This document shows positions 26,962-40,141 of a DNA stretch of 64,000 bases, piece after piece; positions within the stretch are counted from its first letter, which is position 1, and every line of letters begins with the position of its first letter. This stretch comes from Adineta vaga (taxonomy: Eukaryota; Animalia; Rotifera): assembly GCA_021613535.1 (NCBI GenBank), contig CP075492.1, forward strand, positions 17,484,001 to 17,548,000, given 5' to 3'. The notes under the pieces were generated by a model. The model had not been told where the DNA came from. It made no database searches and saw only the letters and a program-made list of their open reading frames with translations. The translations under genes were made by a program, and so were the position numbers.

Positions 26962-28295
26962 ATGGCAGCAAATGACAGAAATAGTCCTATAATTAAAGAA
27001 ACTGACAAAGAGCAGTTTCAAACGTAGGAGTTAACAATCCTTAATAATATAATAAATTCATATATACATATTTAGTGTGGAGCAAACTGAAGCTCGTATG
27101 TCAAGTACGAATGCTAAAAACAACCATACGCCATATGATGCAGTTCATCCAAACCATTATTATAATGACAATGTTACTAATGATATTTATCAAAATAATC
27201 ATTCGTCATCTCAGGATATAGGAAAAGCTAATGACTTTATTGATAATGTGGTAGTTTATACAAAGACTCCAGAAGAAACGAACGAATATCTTAACAAAAT
27301 AGTCAAAGATATTCATCCGATTTCTGAGTCACAAGTTATTCGAGAAGTAATGCCTCAAAGTGAAGCAATAAATCATCAATTAATTTCTATTCGATTTTTG
27401 AAACCACCAGATCTTCCACCACCAGGAGTAAGAGAACACATGTATATGTTTATAAATGCATTTTTATGAATACTTATCTGATGGTTCTAGCCACTCATTA
27501 TTAAAGAAGTGTGTGCACCACAACCTCCGACACCTCCACCAATTATCATACATGAATATCCATCACCTCCTCCTACACCACCTCCACTTATCTTACGGGA
27601 ACGACCACCAACACCACCCACACCTATTCCCACTGAAACAGGTTTAAATAAAAAAATATTAAATATTTTCAATTACGTCGATTACATTTGTCTATATATT
27701 TTAGTTACTCATTATTTACCTCGTCCTACACGTCCTCGACCACGATCAGTTATCATCTATCGTTATCCACCTCTTCCAGAAAAACAACGTAAAAGACCTA
27801 TTTTTAGTTTTCTTTTCAATTATTATTTGTGTTATTTAGGTAAAACTATTATTGAACGATGGATTCCCTATGAACCGCAACCTGAACGTCAAGTAATTGT
27901 ATGTTCGGCGGATGCTCCTTCGCCTATTAAATATCCACAACCATATTATAAAACTAATCCATATGAAACTTTTGACGCACGTATAGCAAAACGCTTTGAA
28001 AAACTTGTTGGTCGAGATTATCTTGCCCATTATAAAGCTCGTTATGGGTCATCATTCCTAGTTCCAACAACACCTCATCAACGAGATCGTGATGCTGACC
28101 TTTTTGAAAATGTAATATATAATCTTTTATTCAAAAAATCTTTCAAAATACATACTATTTTTAATTATTTTATTTTAGTCTCGTTCTATATCATCATTTT
28201 CAGGATACTGTCAGTGTTCATGCAGAAGTCTCGACTATCATCGACGAAATGAATTCATCAATAGCGATGATCGTTATAAAAGAATATTCTATTGA
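26962..28295 (+). CDS. Proline-rich protein of unknown function (copy 2), about 6 exons
   Basis: The ATG 26962 exon splices in frame to 27076. IRFLKPPDLPPPG|PLIIKE, LILRERPPTPP, IIERWIPYEPQPER, YKARYGSSFL. Confidence 0.75.
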
Positions 28296-28935
28296 TTTTC
28301 TTCTCTGTTGAGGAAGGTTGATTGAATTAAGTCTATTGATTTGATAACAAGAAGAAAAATACTTTTTTTTTCGTTTGTAAAATAATAGATTTACTCTTAT
28401 CCTGACTATTTTCTCAATATGAAGTGAGCCTTATTTCCTGCGACCATCAAAACAACTTGAAATGAAAAGATTGAATGAGAAATCTATTTAAAAAAAAAAG
28501 CAACGCTCGCCAAGTGGACCCGCTTGACCCTCGACTGAGTGTCGATCTAAGTATCATTTGTTATCTATAATTACATCCTGACTTGAAAACTTTTCCTAAT
28601 TTCAATAGATACACATATTTAGGGTATACCAAAAGTTGGTGTCCCGATGTTTAAGATTTTATAGAAAAGTAGATATTGAATATTTTCAGTGAAATGTCTC
28701 ATCTTTATGAATCTATAGAGCTGCTCTACTTGAAAAACAAACAAAAATATCACATTGGCATACATTTCTGAGTCATTTTTCTAACAACATAATCACATGC
28801 TACTGAACGAAAAAAATTGTATACATACCATGCTTTTTTCTATGCATCATAATTGAATACAAATCTTCGTCACTAAATTTCTGATCAAAAATATATTAAA
28901 CGTATCAAGTACGCGAGAGTTTAGGGGGAAAATAT

Positions 28936-29657
28936 GTGATCTCTTTGACATCCACTTACCTTTATGTTCTCTTTTCAGGTAAAAACATGCAAATCATTAA
29001 TATCTCGTATTTATTCATTTTACTCCATTATTATACAATAATTGATGTAACAAATGCCTTTCCATGTGACCGAAAAGTCTCCCTAATAAATATAGATCAA
29101 CAGAACCAACCACCAACTACAAATGATAAAAGACTAATCACGTACAGACAGAATCAAGAAATTCCATTTAAATATCAATCTGCACAAAACATCGATCAAA
29201 AAGAAATGTTGATGGAGGAAGAAATGATCTGAAAGCATTCCAAAACACGATAAATGATAATCGAAGCATGATTGAGTACCTCATCAACAACTCAATCAGT
29301 CATTCGGTTATAACAGATGCTCTACTGAATCATTCAAGCCGAACCCCTTCATTCACTAACTGGAGAGATATAGTAGATGTGCTCTGTATAACAACGTTCA
29401 TATCCATCATTCTGTACATCATCTTCTGTAAAGTTGGACTACCCCCGTGCGATCAACTTCTTCTTTACATCCTTTGGCCACTCCTTCCAAGAACTGAAAT
29501 TAAAAGTTCGACACATAACGACCAAAGCATATCAAAAGGCATCCACACGAAAACAACACCAATCCATACATTGGTACTATCAGCAGCGTCAACAATTGAT
29601 AATCAAATATTCAAGCTAGACAATATAGCCCAAAACACCCTTTTTATCATAAAGTGA
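28936..29657 (+). other. Broken ORF with a signal-peptide-like N-terminus and a TM segment (possibly a retroelement accessory ORF)
   Basis: MQIINISYLFILL... then a frameshift, then WRDIVDVLCITTFISIILYIIFC. No introns. Confidence 0.3.
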
Positions 29658-30468
29658 TAGCGACCATCGATGAGAATTCATCAGAAACCTATCACTTTCT
29701 CATGAAGACCAAATACAGCTCTCTTTTCCTTCTATGAGTAATAAAAACGTGCGTTTCACAAATACTTTCTTTCTTTCTTCCAACAAAACTTTCACTGAAA
29801 CATAAGCACAAGAGAATACTCTACCACATATCTGCACGTACACAACTATATTCTTCTAACCATACTATCATAATAAACTAACATAAAATGCAACCAAACA
29901 TCAAAAAGAAACTTCAATCATCCCTATCTAGAAAACTTCATAGTGAAGTCGAGATGCTCTCAATAAAGATGATGGTGGAGTTCGTGGTGTCCTGATGATG
30001 TCATTGAAGATGACGAAACGTCAAAAACATAAGAAACCCAGTGAAAACTTTTCATGAAATAGAACGGCAACGAACGCGTTCCAAAAAAATAACTCAACTT
30101 TTTTTAAGAAAAAAAAGCATTATTAAAATTTTTGTATTTAATATTATTTCTAACTTTCAGTTTAATATTATAGATATGAAGATCTAACTTAATTATATAT
30201 ATATATATATACTTTGGCAATGGATCGCAATACATCTTAATATAATATTCATGTAAATACACGTCATTAAATAACGTTATTCATATGTTCGACGACAAGA
30301 AATATATTGCAAAGAAAGTATTAATGGTTAATTATTTCTTGAAATGAAACGTAAGTATATTTTAATCTCATAGAATGCATACTTATACATATAAAAAAAT
30401 AACTTCTTGTATCTAATATTATTCACTCGATAGATCTTTAGGATACTATTCTAAATTTCAGACAACTT

Positions 30469-31100
30469 TACCTCGTCAGCAAAATCAGTAAGATCAGGCA
30501 TTTTAACATTTATTTTTCGTCTTCGTTTGTTGGAGCGACCGTAGGCTTCAAGACCTTGACGAACCGATAAAAGATTAATGATTGAATCTTTTTTTGCATG
30601 AAATAAATCCGACTTTCCATAAGCTAAACAAAAATAATTTTTACCAAAATATTTGAATAAATTGCATCATTCATACCTGGTCGAGTAAATAAAGATAAAA
30701 AAAAGTGTTGTTGGTGTACTCTGTCGATTATTACGATACATGTAATTGTCTTTACCAAGGAAAAGATGCCAAGGCCAAAACATATTGCAGCATACCTACA
30801 GGATCGTGCATATAGACACGTGAGTGTTCCTCCAACCAAGCATTGATATATGGTGAAACAACAAGTGATGGATCTGATATAGCTTCGTTATAAATTCGAG
30901 TCGTGGCACGTTGAATGTGCTCGGAAACAGTAGATTGGGATGATCCTAAATTACGACTTTTTCTTACGGACATGTTAAAATTATCTCGAACGAACTGATT
31001 AACTGTTTAGCAATATCCTTTATATACGAAGAAGAAATTTCGAAATTATCATATATAATATAGCCTTTGTATAGATGGTCGTTTGTCCTTCCAGACAATA
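30469..31100 (-). pseudogene. Degenerate spliced P-loop NTPase (DUF3987/YfjI-like) fragment
   Basis: Splicing gives LFLSLFTRP|AYGKSDLF (Walker A-like) downstream of DPVGMLQYVLALASF. Frameshifts present. Confidence 0.35.
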
Positions 31101-32046
31101 TATCCTCTACGAAGAGGAAGAAAGAAAAATATGTCTTTTTAGCAATGTGATTAAGCAGAAAAGCATATACTTCAAACATGCCAGAGAAATTTAAATTAAC
31201 GATCTATTCATGATGAACTTATGCAAAAACTTTAAAATGAAAAATAATTCAAAAAGAAAAAAATATAATATATAAAGCTTTTTAATCGTTGAATCATTTA
31301 AGAAAAAAACTGAATGAATAATTCAATATTACACACATCTGAATAATAATAAATCTTACAAAGAAATGAATACAAGATGAAATACAGAACACATCGTACT
31401 GACAAAGATTTTTTTCTAAAAGATGCTTTCATTCGTTCTTTACAGATCTTAAACTAAGCACTTTTTTCTAGAATAAAATTACAATCATATCGAATGAGCT
31501 AGGATCATTACAACATTAATTTCAATGCAAATATTTTTACATATAAAATTGAATTTAATATCAAGTTCGACAGCATATCATAAAGTACACAAGGTTCGAC
31601 AGAAAAATATAGGTCGCATTTTGTTTTCGCGAATACCAAAGAAATAACTACATGAACAATATTTACATCAATAAAGCAAAGTTGATTGATATATGTACCT
31701 GTAATCAACTAAATATGAATTATAACAACTTTATTTATTCAACAATTACTCATTGTAAAACTATTTAGACGCTACAAGTCGCATCACATTTGTGAATAAA
31801 ACTTATCGGAAAACAAACATATATCATGTTCGCATCGGTACAGCTGTCATTATTATTCAAAATAATTGCCAATCCTTCAATTCCGTAACACGATCAATAT
31901 TTCGGATATTACACTGCAATATTATAAATAATTTATTAGATCTACTTCTACTAGACTTTACTGTAATCCATATAGGCTTCTTTTGATCGATCATTCTTTT
32001 TATCTGTTTAGTGATGATATGCTCTGTATCGGATAGAACAATATAT

Positions 32047-32255
32047 CAATAGATCAACTGATTCCGGAATGGCCAGGAATGACCAGGAATTCCGCTTGGG
32101 AATTCAATCGTTCTTGAGGGTTGTCTTTTCATCAACTAACATATTACAACAATTCCGGAATAGGCAGGAAATGCAGGAGTTTGATTGCATTTGTAGAAAT
32201 CGAATGCCAGCTGCTGCGGATTTGAATAAGAGGAATTCCGGAATTGATTGATTGG
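32047..32255. mobile_element. Small MITE-like element with internal GGAAT/ATTCC repeats
   Basis: TCAATAGATCAACTGATTCCGGAAT...ATTCCGGAATTGATTGATTGG imperfect inverted ends. Confidence 0.55.
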
Positions 32256-32520
32256 CACTTTAGTGATGATAAGTAATTGTGCAGTTACAAAATCTTTTTC
32301 GTCGTATCATATTTCTCTTTTAAAAGTCATAAAACTTCCATAGTTTCAAATAGATCATTTATTTTATAGAAATAGAAGTCAAAGTAACGTTCAAATGATG
32401 AATATGGATTATATTTTTATTCTATTTACGATTGTAACGAACAATTAGTTGAATTAGTTCTTTCGAAAAATAGTCCTAGATAAAATATACATATAGAAAC
32501 TACTTGAATGAGAAAAATAT

Positions 32521-32562
32521 AGGGTGTGGATGAAGAAGGTATATCCTCATCCACACCCTCAG
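32521..32562. repeat. Telomere-like inverted-repeat hairpin element
   Basis: AGGGTGTGGATGA...TCATCCACACCCT, a perfect 13-bp stem. Confidence 0.85.
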
Positions 32563-33038
32563 TTATATCAGATAATCCTCAAGGAAACAATATCAATTTT
32601 GATGTTCCGTTTGATTGAATATATTTGTCCTTTCGATTATTCTCATCGAATGATTTATGCTTTTTACGTCCTTATACTCGATGCATCTTGATGTTCTTTT
32701 CGTACGATCTTTTCTTACCTTTTCCGTGACAGACAAGTATATAATCGCGTGTTTTGCATCTGAGTGGATGTGATTCTTGAAAAAAAAATAAAAATAAATG
32801 CATCGTTCTATTGATGCATATATCTCTTCCATTAAAATCATTACAACTATTATGTTGAAATAAATGAGACAAAATATTTTTATCAAATTATCTTTTAGAC
32901 TAGATCCATAAATGTGTAAAACAATATTAAATTTCATCTCATTGAACTAGAAGCCTATAAAAACCTAAGAAAAAAACTTTTTTTTAAAATAAACATCATT
33001 ATTTTGCGTCTAAAACTTATTCCAAAAAGTACATAAAC

Positions 33039-33963
33039 ATGACAGATATACTATACATTGTTCGTATTATACAAGCTAGCATTTTCATTCTTATAGTTCC
33101 ATTTCCATTACTTTATCTTCTAACAATCATTTCTATCAAACGTTTTCATACTGCAAATAATATTCTGACGGCTAATTTCTGTTTATGTTGTCTCATGTGC
33201 GTTATGTACTGGGCTATAGAGAAAACGTCCAGTGTATTCGATATATACGTTCTTTATAGAACTCCTATCTTAATAACACTTACAGTATCTGCTGGACAAA
33301 TCCTAAATTGTTTAGTAGTTCATTCTCTAGTAGCCATTACTATTAGTCGATGTTTTACAATATGTTTTCCAATGAAAAGATTTTTTAAAAGTAAAACTTG
33401 GATATATTTATCAATAATTTTACAATGGATATTTACTTTACTTATCTCAATACTAATTGTACTTAATAATTCAAAGGTAAAATCAGTGAAATAAAAAAAT
33501 ATTTTCCTTCTATTATTTGTAGGAAAGTGTCGGTGATATTGGATTCTCCAGTTGGATTTGGTCCTATACTTTATCCATCATAGTTATAATTCCTGTAATT
33601 GTTAACATAATTTTTAATGGAATTATTGTGGTTTTTGTTCGATCATCTAGTCGACGTGTTCATGAGATCACGGTGGTTGTCACATCTATAACAAATACAA
33701 ATCATCAACAACACCGTCGAGATATAAAATTACTCAAACATATCATTTTCTTATTTATTGTATTTATTTTAGGATGGGGACCACTTTATATTGTTTTAGC
33801 TCTGACAGATCTCATATTACCAGATTGGTTGTATAGTGTATTACAGATTCCACCTACATTTGCTACTATTATTCAAGTAGTGGATTTATTTATTTATAAT
33901 CATGAAGTTCGTCAGTATTGGAAAGAACGTATAAATCGTTGTTTCGATCAAATTCATCGTTAA
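33039..33963 (+). CDS. Rhodopsin-like 7TM GPCR, 2 exons (33039-33476, 33523-33963; about 292 aa)
   Basis: TM helices, ITISRCFTICFP, RRDIKLLKHI, FILGWGP, FIYNHEVRQY. Phase-0 intron at 33477-33522. Confidence 0.85.
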
Positions 33964-34302
33964 CTAGAAGAACTATTCTTATAGTTTTATGTCAATACTT
34001 TGTATGTTGTTTTACTTTAAATAAAATAAACTCTATAATCGTATATATTATTATCATCATCTTCTTCATTGATTCCGATCATTAATATATTGAAATTGAT
34101 GTCTGTGAATATATTATCTATAATTGACTAAAAAAAGAATTCAAAGAATTAATCAGTTATAAACATATAAAATGATAAATGAAATAAATAGTGCGCAATA
34201 ATTCTATAGATATAAAATATACGTATAATTAAGCACTCAAAAACATTAAGATGTAGATGATAAAAAAAAAGAAAAAATAATTTCAATTATAATCTTCATC
34301 AT

Positions 34303-34355
34303 CTTGCGGGTGTGGGTATAGATTCTTTATTTCAACCCGCACCCACACCCTCAAG
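34303..34355. repeat. Telomere-like inverted-repeat hairpin element
   Basis: CTTGCGGGTGTGGGT...CACCCACACCCTCAAG. Confidence 0.85.
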
Positions 34356-34977
34356 TCATATATACAATGTTTTTTTTCTCGAAACGATCGATTTAACATA
34401 ATTAATTGAAGATATTATCATTTCTTTTCTTTGATAATTAATCGAAAGAAAATTACATATTATCTAATAAAAACTTTATCTTTCATTTAATCATTTATTC
34501 GTTCTTTTCATATACATTACAAATCAATTATATCGAAAAAGCTCGGGAAAGATATACACTCAGCATTCACTATAAAACATTTTCATTGAAATAAAGATTT
34601 ATTTGATTTTATTATTAAATTAAAAATGAATAATGTATTTTTAATCATTGATTTATATATTCATAGATATAAAAATTGATATAAAAAGAAATGTTCGAAA
34701 AGTTTCAAATAATAAAGATGAACTTTTTCGTTTAATACGTGAAGATATTTTAATATCTGAAGAAGATTTTTTTATCAACAAATATATTTGATCTTTTTAT
34801 TGAAGAATAATCAACAGATCAAATAGCTAAAATGGATTTAATAAATTATTGTCAAGAATAATATAAAAATAATATTTGAAAATGAATATTCATCAGAAAA
34901 TACAATTCAATGATTATGATGAAAAACTTATGGAATTAATTACATTTGTATATCGTGATCAACAAGTATCGGAAGTA

Positions 34978-36788
34978 CCCACGGGAAAATATTTAAGTCG
35001 CTACCGCTGAAGGACGCGGTTTTTTCATAATGGTTGAGGTTGTGTCTTGAAAGATCGCGGTCCGCAAAATAAATCGCACTTGACCGCGGTGTTTTTTATC
35101 GCAATATCGATTTAGCACCGTAAACTCGAACGAAACTGCAATGTTCACACCGTTGAATATCGTGGTTTCAGAAAAGCTTGATAACACATAGATTAGTTGC
35201 GGTATTCGAGAATCACCATACATTACGATATTATATTTTGTGAACTTTCTATTACGAACCGCGATCTTCTCATTATGTACGAAGATATCATTGCTCTAAA
35301 TGATTTCGTGTTAGTAATATGGTCATATTTTTTATGTGATTTTTGTCATAATGATATATCACAACAATTTCCATTCATATAATCACAATTAAAATTAAAA
35401 AAAGATATTTCTGATTGAAGTTAGATTCAGTTTTTTTCCATTGACAAATGAAATGAGATGAGATAAAAAGACTTGCTCTGAAAGTCAAATTGCGAAGAAA
35501 TTATTAAAATAAATTCAAATAGACGTTATAGATTAATCTAATATTATATTGAGTGAAAATAGACATGAGCACATTTTAAAGATACTCAGGCAGAAAAAAT
35601 CGATAAAAAAACGCGATTCGCGAGAAAAAAACAACGTTCTTATGTTGTTTTTTTCCAACAGAACCTTTATTAACTACGTTATAAAATACACTTTTGTGCG
35701 CGTACAAACGTTGTTATTGCCTATTTTCTGTCGGGAAGAAAGAACATCGTTTATACGGGGACAAAAGTGTATTTTATAACGTAGTTAATAAAGGTTCTGT
35801 TGGATAAAAACAACATAAGAACGTTGTTTTTTTCTCGCGAATCGCGTTTTTTTATCGATTTTTTCTGTCTGGGTATTATAGTCAGATTTCGTTGAGATGA
35901 TCATTTGTGACAATATGTTCATGAGATAGTAAAAGTTCAGAGATAAAAATAGACACAAATCTGCTTTTTCGACTGATGGAATCAAGATAAGTCTACCGAA
36001 TAGTATTCTCATGCGTTCTGACGTACAAACCTACATATAGGCAGAACTGTAATAATATTTCAAATAGTTAGACTTTGTCATAACACATGATAACGCAGTT
36101 CATCAACTAAAGATACTCATGAGTGTATATTTGTCTCCAGAGATGATTTTATTCGAATAGATTGTGTTTATAGTTTAATTATCATGACTATGAGTGATAA
36201 ATAAGATTTTATATATATCCCGTAGAGCACATCATCAACATGAATATCTCATAAAATTTAATAAAATTATAAATGGGATATAAATTATTAGGAATTATAA
36301 GATTCTTATAAATCTACTAATAAATGAAACATATCAGTTTAAATAAGAAGATTTTTTATCACTGATTAGATTAGACTATCATATCTGATATTAGTATGAA
36401 CATCACCGGACGGTTAAATGGAATTAGTGGATTGCAATCATTCGATAAGAAGTTCGAATCTAATCAGAAGAAAACAAAATAAAAAATAGATAATGATATT
36501 TTATGAATTGACCGAAGTGTTAAAGTATCATCTTAAGATAATGGATAGGTTACAAACATAGAAATGTTAAAGATTACCAGATACATGTCAGAAATAATAT
36601 ACCATCGATATGATGAATTCATTTTTTTCAAAAACCTTCAATAACCACGATTTGAACATACGGCGGTTTCGGGCGGTGTAGAAAAACCTAATAAAACGTC
36701 TGACTTTTTCGGTACAAAATCACCGTTCAAAACCGCAAGTAATAAACCGTTAATTACCGCGGTATTTATTAAAAAAATTTTCCATGGG
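34978..36788. mobile_element. 1.8-kb non-autonomous TIR element (CCC...GGG ends, TA TSD; possibly CMC/EnSpm-like)
   Basis: TA|CCCACGGGAAAAT...ATTTTCCATGGG|TA. ACCGC/GCGGT subterminal repeats. Removing it restores the host reading frame. Confidence 0.75.
35585..35873. mobile_element. 289-bp palindromic MITE nested in the 1.8-kb element
   Basis: TA|CTCAGGCAGAAAAAATCGATAAAAAAACGCGATTCGCGAG...CTCGCGAATCGCGTTTTTTTATCGATTTTTTCTGTCTGGG|TA, with arms of about 125 bp. Confidence 0.9.
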
Positions 36789-37436
36789 TAGAATTGGAGA
36801 AATTAGAGAGAAGTGTTGGCAAATATATATCAATTTATAGACATATTTTTCAGTAATAGATAAAGCAGTTGCTTTAGATTATGTTACTCATCCATCAGCT
36901 ATTCTATTTGAAATTGATACGAAAAATCAATTATTAAATATAAGAAAATGGAATAAAGTTAATTATTATGATTATATTCATCTTTAGTTATATTATATTT
37001 TCAAAAAAGAGATTATCATGAAACTCTCGGATATTCGAAAGAATGATTACATATTTTATTAAATACAGTACCAAAAAATCATTTAAATGATATTTTTACA
37101 TACTGATAACATTTGGTGTTTAGGCAAAGATATAATGACTGACACGATGAGTTACATTCTTATTTCTCTTCACTTATAAAACTAATTTTATAAGAATTAT
37201 AATACATATATATATCAATACAATAAAGGGACTAAATAGAGCTAATCAATAAATAAAAAAAGTAAATAAATTGATAAAATTAATCTATTATTTTTCATTC
37301 TATCCGAATAAAATTTAAATATTCAAAGAGATTCTGTTTTTTTTTTGTTTAATTGATGATGTACGATTTATTCTATAGTATTTTTGTGTATATTTTATGT
37401 TAAAAAAATGATTCCATTGTTTATATTTCACTTTGT

Positions 37437-39444
37437 TTACCACCATAAATGACAAAGTCCATAATAATCTTGCAAACAATCGATGGGCATATTTTGTGAT
37501 TGAATTAAAGTTTGTATTTTCTTATATAAAGATGAATCTAAACTAAAGATTGATAATAGGTGTAAATATGGTGTTTTCTCAATAGTTTTTGTTAATAAAT
37601 ATTCTATGAAAAAACTTTCGCACATTGATATGGTTAAATGTTCTACTCTTGGAAAAAGACGTATCATTGATTTCATATCATCATATGAACATTCTTGTAT
37701 TGCAATTTTAACATATTTTATTTTATTTTCAACAGATATCGTATTCAATGTTTCATCGAATTTTAAATAATTTACATTCATTCCATCGAGACCACCTCCA
37801 CTCAGAGATACTTTTTGAATGTTAGGTAAAGAAATAATTAATTGAAGTAAATCTTCAAAATATTCATCCGAAATATAAATATCTAATTCAATAATTCGTT
37901 CCAGAGGAAGAATATTTTTAAGAATAATTGGTGAAATATAATTCTTTTCTTCCCAAGGAGTTCCAAGTTTAAAAGTAAGTTGTTTAACATTTGGAAAATA
38001 ATTCGACCAATTCACTACCCAGGTCGAACGATCTTTGCTACAGGATTCCGGTGCGGATTTCATCAGATTTTGTCGGAATCCGTTAAAATCCGACAGGATC
38101 ATCATCGGAAATGCTAGGAATTCGGTCGGAACCGGCATTCGGAATCCTGTAGCAAAGATTCCGGCACAACTCGATAGGATCAGATTGAAATTACTCGCGT
38201 CCGACAGGATCCGATGTACCCGTTTGGACCTGGGTAAATCCTTTTCGTTTCTTAATTGAAGATGATGCACTGAATTTATGTATGTTTTTTCTCTCATAAT
38301 TGGACAAGTTGTTTTTCGTAATTCCAACTTTAATTTAAATTTTCTTCTCCTTAAAAATCAAAAAATCTTATTTCTATCTAATCAATCAATAGATCAATTT
38401 TTACCTATATGGATCTATTGAATAAATAAATAGTTCACAATAATTCTCGGATTCTCGCATATGATAAGCAAAAAACCATTGTCGTTCAAACCAAAATGAG
38501 GACTGAAATTTTTCAAGTAATTTTAAGTATATTGCACCGTGCATTCTTTGTGTATGAATATGTTGTTGTAGATCAAATATTCTTAAATGTGGCATATACA
38601 ATGGAATAAGTGTTTCCCATCGATTTGCATCCAAATATGATTTATCTGCTGGTGTTGACAGATGTAAAACTTGAACATGATGAAGAACATATTTAATTAC
38701 AGGTTCAAATTGATCAAAATACACGCGTCCAAGATTCAAATAAACATGAGTTAATTGATTTGGAAGAATCAAATTGATTTCTGATCCTACATACAGATTT
38801 GATAGTTCATGAATCGATAAACGATGAAGTTCAGGGGCATTTGAAAGAAGAGGAGCAAATTCATCAAGACGAAATTCTTCATCAACAATCAAATGTGTAA
38901 TGGAACTAAAAGTATTTGTTGCAAATGGTAAACATTCCTCATAAGTAGATTTTTGAATTGAAAATTTACAATATTTTAATGAAGATAATCGAAATATTTG
39001 TTCATATAAACGATTTCTACTGGGAAGACGAAATTTGAAAATAATAGTTAATGAAGAAAGATTTGGTAATAATGAAAGATTATCGAAAAGATTATCCATA
39101 GCACTTGATGGAATAGAATTGATAATGAATGTTTGAAGATGAAGAAATTTTGGAATAATAGAAGTAGATGAGAGAAAAATATCAATAATAAATGGATTTG
39201 TTAAATAAACCGATTGAATTCGGTGAGCATGTGGAAGAATAATGTTGTTATAATAAGTGGTAAAAGATGATTTTGTTATAGATCCAAGATGAATTTTAAT
39301 TGGTGAAGTTGAATTGATGAAGAGATTTCGAAAACGTTGATTCTGATTAGCAAAGGTTTCATCGCATTGAAAATAATCGAGATATTCGAATATTTCATAG
39401 AGAATTTCATTAGCAAGATTTTCAAATGTCGTTGTTTCGTTCAT
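37437..39444 (-). CDS. F-box/LRR protein, 2 exons (39444-38405, 38349-37437), carrying an in-frame MITE
   Basis: N-terminal FENLANEILYEIFEYL (F-box), LRR-like segments, YLDANRWETLI, FQSSFWFERQWFF, YFPNVKQL. The DPYR|RR splice is in frame. Confidence 0.85.
38018..38234. mobile_element. 217-bp MITE within exon 2 of the F-box gene
   Basis: TA|CCCAGGTCGAACG...CGTTTGGACCTGGG|TA. GC-richer than the host, with internal CGGAATCC/CAGGATC repeats. Confidence 0.9.
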
Positions 39445-40141
39445 AATATCGACAAACTTTTGAAAAATAACTTGACAGTGTCTGTATTAATACTTGGAAA
39501 AAGCCAAGTAAATAACTTATTTTGAATCAATATAAAAAAGAATGTGTGCACAAGTCAGACGACAACAAAAATCTTGTTGTCTTGCGTTCTGTTGATAATA
39601 TATGACTCATCTTCAAAAGGTGTTGGGTGAAGAAAAAGGTATTATTGAATAAATACTCTGTTCTTTTTTCATATTTTAGTTCATAGGGAAAACGAAATTA
39701 AAATTCATTTTGTATTACCAATACTTTTCTCAGCAATAAGAAGCAGAAATTCACAATATTAATCGAATCTTCTAAAATAGAAATGTAATTTGCTTAGAGA
39801 GTCTATACTCTTAAACATTTCTATCGTATACGTAAATATCAGAAGAAATATTTTTTGTTGAAAAAAGTAATCAATAAAAATTGTTCGGTGATATTACCTA
39901 TTTACATCCAATGTAAAGCGCTCTCACAAAGTTAAGTAAACGAGAAAGCACTGAAAAATCTAAATATGTATAGTTTGAATCGTGATTCTATTCAGATTCT
40001 ATCATTATAATAGCTAAATTCTACAAAAAATAGTTTAGCATGTAAGGAAATAGCATATATGTATTCGAATATAATTCGCCAAGAACAGTTTTTTTAAATA
40101 AATTGTCATATCAAACAAATACCAAAACCATGTGATATTAA

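Larger units (their letters stand above)
34690..37110 (+). pseudogene. ART(-TPR) family pseudogene split by a TIR element
   Basis: Joining the flanks gives VYRDQQVSEV|ELEKLERSVGKYISI and later AILFEIDT. This is homologous to LYRGQQLPVDELKRLNENVDSLISI...VLFEIKA in the gene at 43642. Confidence 0.6.
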
